Below the pieces are notes generated by a model. The model searched no databases and was not told the origin of the DNA. It saw only the letters and a list, made by a program, of their open reading frames with translations. A stretch of DNA of 63,966 bases, the filler included, from an uncultured bacterium (GTDB lineage: Bacteria > Auribacterota > CAZIXI01), in NCBI GenBank assembly GCA_964543115.1. It is 3 parts of 3 records of this genome, joined end to end, with 100 filler letters (N's around TTAATTAATTAA, not from the genome) between each part and the next. Parts side by side here need not be neighbours in the genome. Positions count along the whole stretch, not along the records: positions 46,161 to 63,966 come from CAZIXI010000046.1; 2 more parts are not named here. One strand, given 5' to 3'. Positions 60,409 through 63,966 of the stretch are shown here, one piece after another (the stretch's first letter is position 1; each line of letters starts with the position of its first letter). The position numbers and the translations under genes were made by a program.

Positions 60409-61422
60409 ATGATTATTGTACTTAAGCAGGGGGCATCTGAAAAGCAGGTTCAGCATATTATCGAGAGGGTAGAAGAGCTTGGTTTGCAGCATATGGTGAG
60501 CCGGGGTGTTGAACGCACGATTATCGGTGTAATCGGGGAAGAGGATATTCTCCGGGTTCAACCGTTAGAGGCCTTTCCCGGTGTGGAAAAGGTCATGCCG
60601 GTTCTTAAACCCTACAAGCTGGTTAGCCGTGATTTTAAGCCGGAAGATACGGTTATTGAAATAAATGATATAAAAATTGGCAGTAAAAAATTAGTTGTTA
60701 TTGCCGGGCCCTGTTCCATTGAAAATAAACAATTATTAATTGAAACAGCCAGGGCGGTTAAGGATGCCGGGGCCTTAATGCTGCGCGGCGGGGCGTTTAA
60801 ACCACGTACTTCTCCTTACAGTTTCCAGGGGTTAGGGGAAGAAGGATTGCAGCTGCTGGCGGAAGTACGGGCGGAGACGGGATTACCGGTAGTCACAGAA
60901 GTAATGGATACACGGGATGTGGAACTAGGGGTAAAGTATGCCGATATTATTCAGATTGGCGCCCGTAATATGCAGAATTTTAATCTGCTTAAGGAAGTGG
61001 GTAAGGTGGATAAACCGATTATGCTTAAACGCGGGATGATGTCTACGGTAAAAGAATTGTTGATGAGTGCCGAGTATATTCTTTCGGAAGGTAACTTCAA
61101 GGTGATTCTTTGTGAGAGAGGGATTCGCACATTTGAAGATAGTACCAGAAACACCCTGGATATTAGTGCGGTGCCGGTGATTAAGGCGGAAAGCCATCTG
61201 CCGGTAATTGTCGATCCCAGTCACGCGACGGGCAAGTGGGGATTGATTACCCCTGTTGCCAAGGCGGCGGTGGCGGTGGGGGCCGATGGGTTGATGGTGG
61301 AAGTTCATCCTAATCCGGAACGGGCGTATTCTGATGGTGTGCAGAGTTTATTACCGGAAAAATTTAAACGGTTAATGCGGGAGTTGGTACCGGTTGCCGC
61401 TGCTGTCGGGCGCGAGGTCTGA
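60409..61422 (+). CDS. aroF: DAHP synthase, type I-beta with N-terminal regulatory domain
   Basis: [45 protein letters not shown]. Confidence 0.96.
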   Translation: MIIVLKQGASEKQVQHIIERVEELGLQHMVSRGVERTIIGVIGEEDILRVQPLEAFPGVEKVMPVLKPYKLVSRDFKPEDTVIEINDIKIGSKKLVVIAGPCSIENKQLLIETARAVKDAGALMLRGGAFKPRTSPYSFQGLGEEGLQLLAEVRAETGLPVVTEVMDTRDVELGVKYADIIQIGARNMQNFNLLKEVGKVDKPIMLKRGMMSTVKELLMSAEYILSEGNFKVILCERGIRTFEDSTRNTLDISAVPVIKAESHLPVIVDPSHATGKWGLITPVAKAAVAVGADGLMVEVHPNPERAYSDGVQSLLPEKFKRLMRELVPVAAAVGREV

Positions 61423-61423
61423 G

Positions 61424-62260
61424 ATGAAAAAGGTGTGTATTATCGGTATTGGTCTGATTGGCGGTTCTATCGGCATGGATATTAAACGCCTGGGACTGGC
61501 CCGGGAGGTTGTCGGGGTGGTACGCCGGCCGGAGGCGGTTGCTGAATCTGTTCAGGCCGGGGCGGTGGATCAGGCCACGCTGGATTTGCAGGCGGCGGTT
61601 ACAGGTAGCGATTTGATTATTATTGCTACACCGGTAGCCACCACTATCCCTAAGGTCCGGGAGATTAAGAATGCTTTAAAAAGCGGTGCCATTGTTATTG
61701 ATGTAGCTAGTGTTAAAGGGAAACTGGTGCGTGAACTGGATCAGGTGATTGGGCAATCTGTGTGTTATGTCGGTACCCATCCGATGGCGGGTTCAGAGAT
61801 AAAAGGGGTCAGTGGTGCGAAATCAGGTTTATTTAACGGTGCTACCTGTATCATTACAGCGACCGAGAGGACCGATCAGCAGGCCTTAAAGGTTGTGCGG
61901 GAGTTCTGGCAGAAATTAGGGGCAAAAATTGTTGATCTTTCCCCGGAAGAACATGACCGGTTAGTTGCCTATACCAGTCACCTGCCGCATCTTGTTGCCG
62001 CTTCACTTGTAAATACACTTGCGGAGCTACCGCAGGCAGAGCAGGGTGTTGGTTCAGGTTTTAAAGATACCACCAGGATTGCCGGTAGTAATCCGGCGTT
62101 GTGGCAGGAGATATGTGAATGGAACCGTGACCAGATCCTGACCGGTATCCAGTCGTTTAAAAAAGAAGTAGCGGAAATAGAAAATAGTTTAGCGGCAAGT
62201 GACTGGCAGAAACTTTTAGCCATCCTGACCAAAGCAAAAACCTTACGCGATCAGCTTTAG
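61424..62260 (+). CDS. tyrA: Prephenate dehydrogenase
   Basis: IIGIGLIGGS, DVASVKG, THPMAGSE, HDRLVAYTSHLPH, DTTRIAGS. Confidence 0.95.
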   Translation: MKKVCIIGIGLIGGSIGMDIKRLGLAREVVGVVRRPEAVAESVQAGAVDQATLDLQAAVTGSDLIIIATPVATTIPKVREIKNALKSGAIVIDVASVKGKLVRELDQVIGQSVCYVGTHPMAGSEIKGVSGAKSGLFNGATCIITATERTDQQALKVVREFWQKLGAKIVDLSPEEHDRLVAYTSHLPHLVAASLVNTLAELPQAEQGVGSGFKDTTRIAGSNPALWQEICEWNRDQILTGIQSFKKEVAEIENSLAASDWQKLLAILTKAKTLRDQL

Positions 62261-62264
62261 GCCT

Positions 62265-63563
62265 ATGCAAGTTATCAAAATTCAGCCCACCAAAAAACTT
62301 TCCGGCACTATTTCTGTGCCGGGAGATAAATCCATCTCTCATCGGGCGGCAATCATAGGATCTTTGACTTCCGGTAAGGTCTCGGTGAGCGGTTTTCTCT
62401 GTAGTGAGGATTGTCTGAATACTCTCTCGGCCATGCGGGCATTAGGTGTGCGGGTAGAGGGTTTTGGCTCTCCCGCCGTAGAAATCTATGGGCTGGGTTT
62501 ACGCGGCTTATCTCAGGCCTCTGCGCCCCTGGATCTGGGGAATTCCGGCACGGGATTACGTCTGTTAAGCGGCGTGGTAAGCGGTTATCCATTTCTGACA
62601 GAGCTTACCGGTGACCAGTCACTACAAAAACGCCCGATGGGCCGGATCATTGAGCCGCTACGGCAAATGGGAGCTAAGATTGAGGGTGTGGTTGCTGCCG
62701 GCCGTTGTCCCTTAAAGATATCCGGCGGGTCATTGCGGGGAATAAAATATCAATCACCGGTGGCTAGCGCGCAGGTAAAGAGCTGTTTATTACTGGCCGG
62801 ATTGTTGGCGGAAGGTCAGACGACTATTGAAGAGCCGTATAAATCGCGTGACCATACGGAAAGAATGCTTAAGTTTTTTGGAGCTGAACTGGCGGAGCAG
62901 GGGTTAGAGGTAAGTATTCAAGGTGGTTCTGTTCTCAGTCCCCGGCCGTTAGCGGTTCCTGGAGATATTTCTTCGGCGGCTTTCTTTCTGGTAGCCGGCA
63001 GTATCGTAGCTGAAGCAAACATGAAAATTACTAATGTGGGTATAAACCCTACCCGCGCCGCATTGATAGATGTTTTGAAAAAGATGGGGGCGAAGATAGA
63101 GCTCGAGCAGGTAAGCGGTGATGATTGGGAACCGCGCGCGGATATTATTGTGCGCGGGGGAAGATTGCGAGGAATAGATATTATGGAACACGAGGTTCCT
63201 GGCCTGATAGATGAGTTGCCGGTTATTGCCGTTGCCGCGGCAACGGCAGAAGGAAAGACTGTTATCAGCGGGGCCGGGGAACTGCGGGTAAAAGAGAGTG
63301 ACCGGATTAAGGCGATGGCGGTTAATCTGCGCAAATTGGGTGTAAACATAGCAGAAAAAGAAGACGGCTGGCAGATTGAAGGCGGCCGGCCCTTGCGGGG
63401 AGCGGTGGTCAACAGTTTTACCGATCATCGGATAGCGATGGCCATGGTGGTTGCCGGCCTGGTAGCTGTCGGAGAAACGGTGGTGGAAGATACCCAATGG
63501 ATAGAGACATCCTTTCCTGGCTTTATGAGTCGCTTGAACAAACTTCGCGCAGGGTGTAAATGA
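62265..63563 (+). CDS. aroA: EPSP synthase
   Basis: PGDKSISHR, GNSGT, ASAQVKS, RDHTERM, RVKESDR, DHRIAM. Confidence 0.98.
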   Translation: MQVIKIQPTKKLSGTISVPGDKSISHRAAIIGSLTSGKVSVSGFLCSEDCLNTLSAMRALGVRVEGFGSPAVEIYGLGLRGLSQASAPLDLGNSGTGLRLLSGVVSGYPFLTELTGDQSLQKRPMGRIIEPLRQMGAKIEGVVAAGRCPLKISGGSLRGIKYQSPVASAQVKSCLLLAGLLAEGQTTIEEPYKSRDHTERMLKFFGAELAEQGLEVSIQGGSVLSPRPLAVPGDISSAAFFLVAGSIVAEANMKITNVGINPTRAALIDVLKKMGAKIELEQVSGDDWEPRADIIVRGGRLRGIDIMEHEVPGLIDELPVIAVAAATAEGKTVISGAGELRVKESDRIKAMAVNLRKLGVNIAEKEDGWQIEGGRPLRGAVVNSFTDHRIAMAMVVAGLVAVGETVVEDTQWIETSFPGFMSRLNKLRAGCK

Positions 63564-63966
63564 AAAAAATAACTATTGCGATTGATGGTGTTGCCGGCAG
63601 CGGAAAAAGCACGTTGGCCAAGTCTTTAGCCAAGAGACTGGGCTATTTATATATCGATACCGGTGCCATGTACCGGGCCCTTACCTATAAAGTCATCAGT
63701 GACCGGATGTCCCTGGAAGAGACGGATAAGATTGTCGAGCTGGCGGCCAGGCTGAATATTTCTTTGCGTAAAGCTGACGATGACATACGTGTTTTTGCCG
63801 ATAATGAAGATGTCACGGAAAAGATCAGGCGGCCGGAGGTCTCCGCCGCAGTCTCCCGGGTTTCGGCTATTGCCGGGGTGCGGGAGCATATGGTTCGTTA
63901 TCAGCGCGAACTGGGTAAAGGCGGCGGGGTGGTTATTGACGGCCGGGATATTGGAACAGTGGTTTT
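63560..63966 (+). CDS. cmk: Cytidylate kinase, 3' truncated by window edge (not in the ORF track)
   Basis: My translation from the ATG at 63560: MKKITIAIDGVAGSGKSTLAKSLAKRLGYLYIDTGAMYRA ... IDGRDIGTVV. Confidence 0.95.
   Translation, partial: MKKITIAIDGVAGSGKSTLAKSLAKRLGYLYIDTGAMYRALTYKVISDRMSLEETDKIVELAARLNISLRKADDDIRVFADNEDVTEKIRRPEVSAAVSRVSAIAGVREHMVRYQRELGKGGGVVIDGRDIGTVV

Noticed and set aside
1..63966. tRNA, rRNA, riboswitch, T-box, transposase, integrase or prophage genes
   Set aside because: None recognised; intergenic spaces are short and accounted for by promoters and repeats.

Overview
Bacterial DNA, probably from a diderm uncultured lineage (outer-membrane proteins, sigma-54, core gene order compatible with Omnitrophota/PVC-like genomes; taxonomy is inference). 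The window is three contigs joined by two artificial 100-bp spacers (44 N + TTAATTAATTAA + 44 N) at 23213-23312 and 46061-46160, so adjacency across them is not evidence of linkage. Contig 1 (1-23212) is an accessory region of secreted proteases (zincin, C39-like, S8+M4/M36 fusion, second S8). It also has a GAF/sigma-54 activator with candidate binding sites, an MNT-HEPN toxin-antitoxin pair with a clear operator, and glycosyltransferases. Contig 2 (23313-46060) is one reading frame open at both ends (at least 7,582 codons). In order it shows a divergent but near-complete SecA motor, about 10-12 TM helices, an internal signal-peptide-like segment, TolC/OEP-like repeats, an M15 peptidoglycan peptidase, a beta-barrel-like region, helical repeats and YD-like repeats. 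This may be a single-polypeptide trans-envelope export machine and is the most notable item. Contig 3 (46161-63966) is housekeeping: apgM-like, lysC, cimA, valS, hydrolase, uvrB, nadC, birA, coaX, scpB, pheA, hisC, aroF, tyrA, aroA, cmk. Several REP-like palindrome and heptamer families sit between and inside genes. No rRNA, tRNA, CRISPR array or transposase was recognised. All domain calls come from reading motifs by eye, not from database searches.
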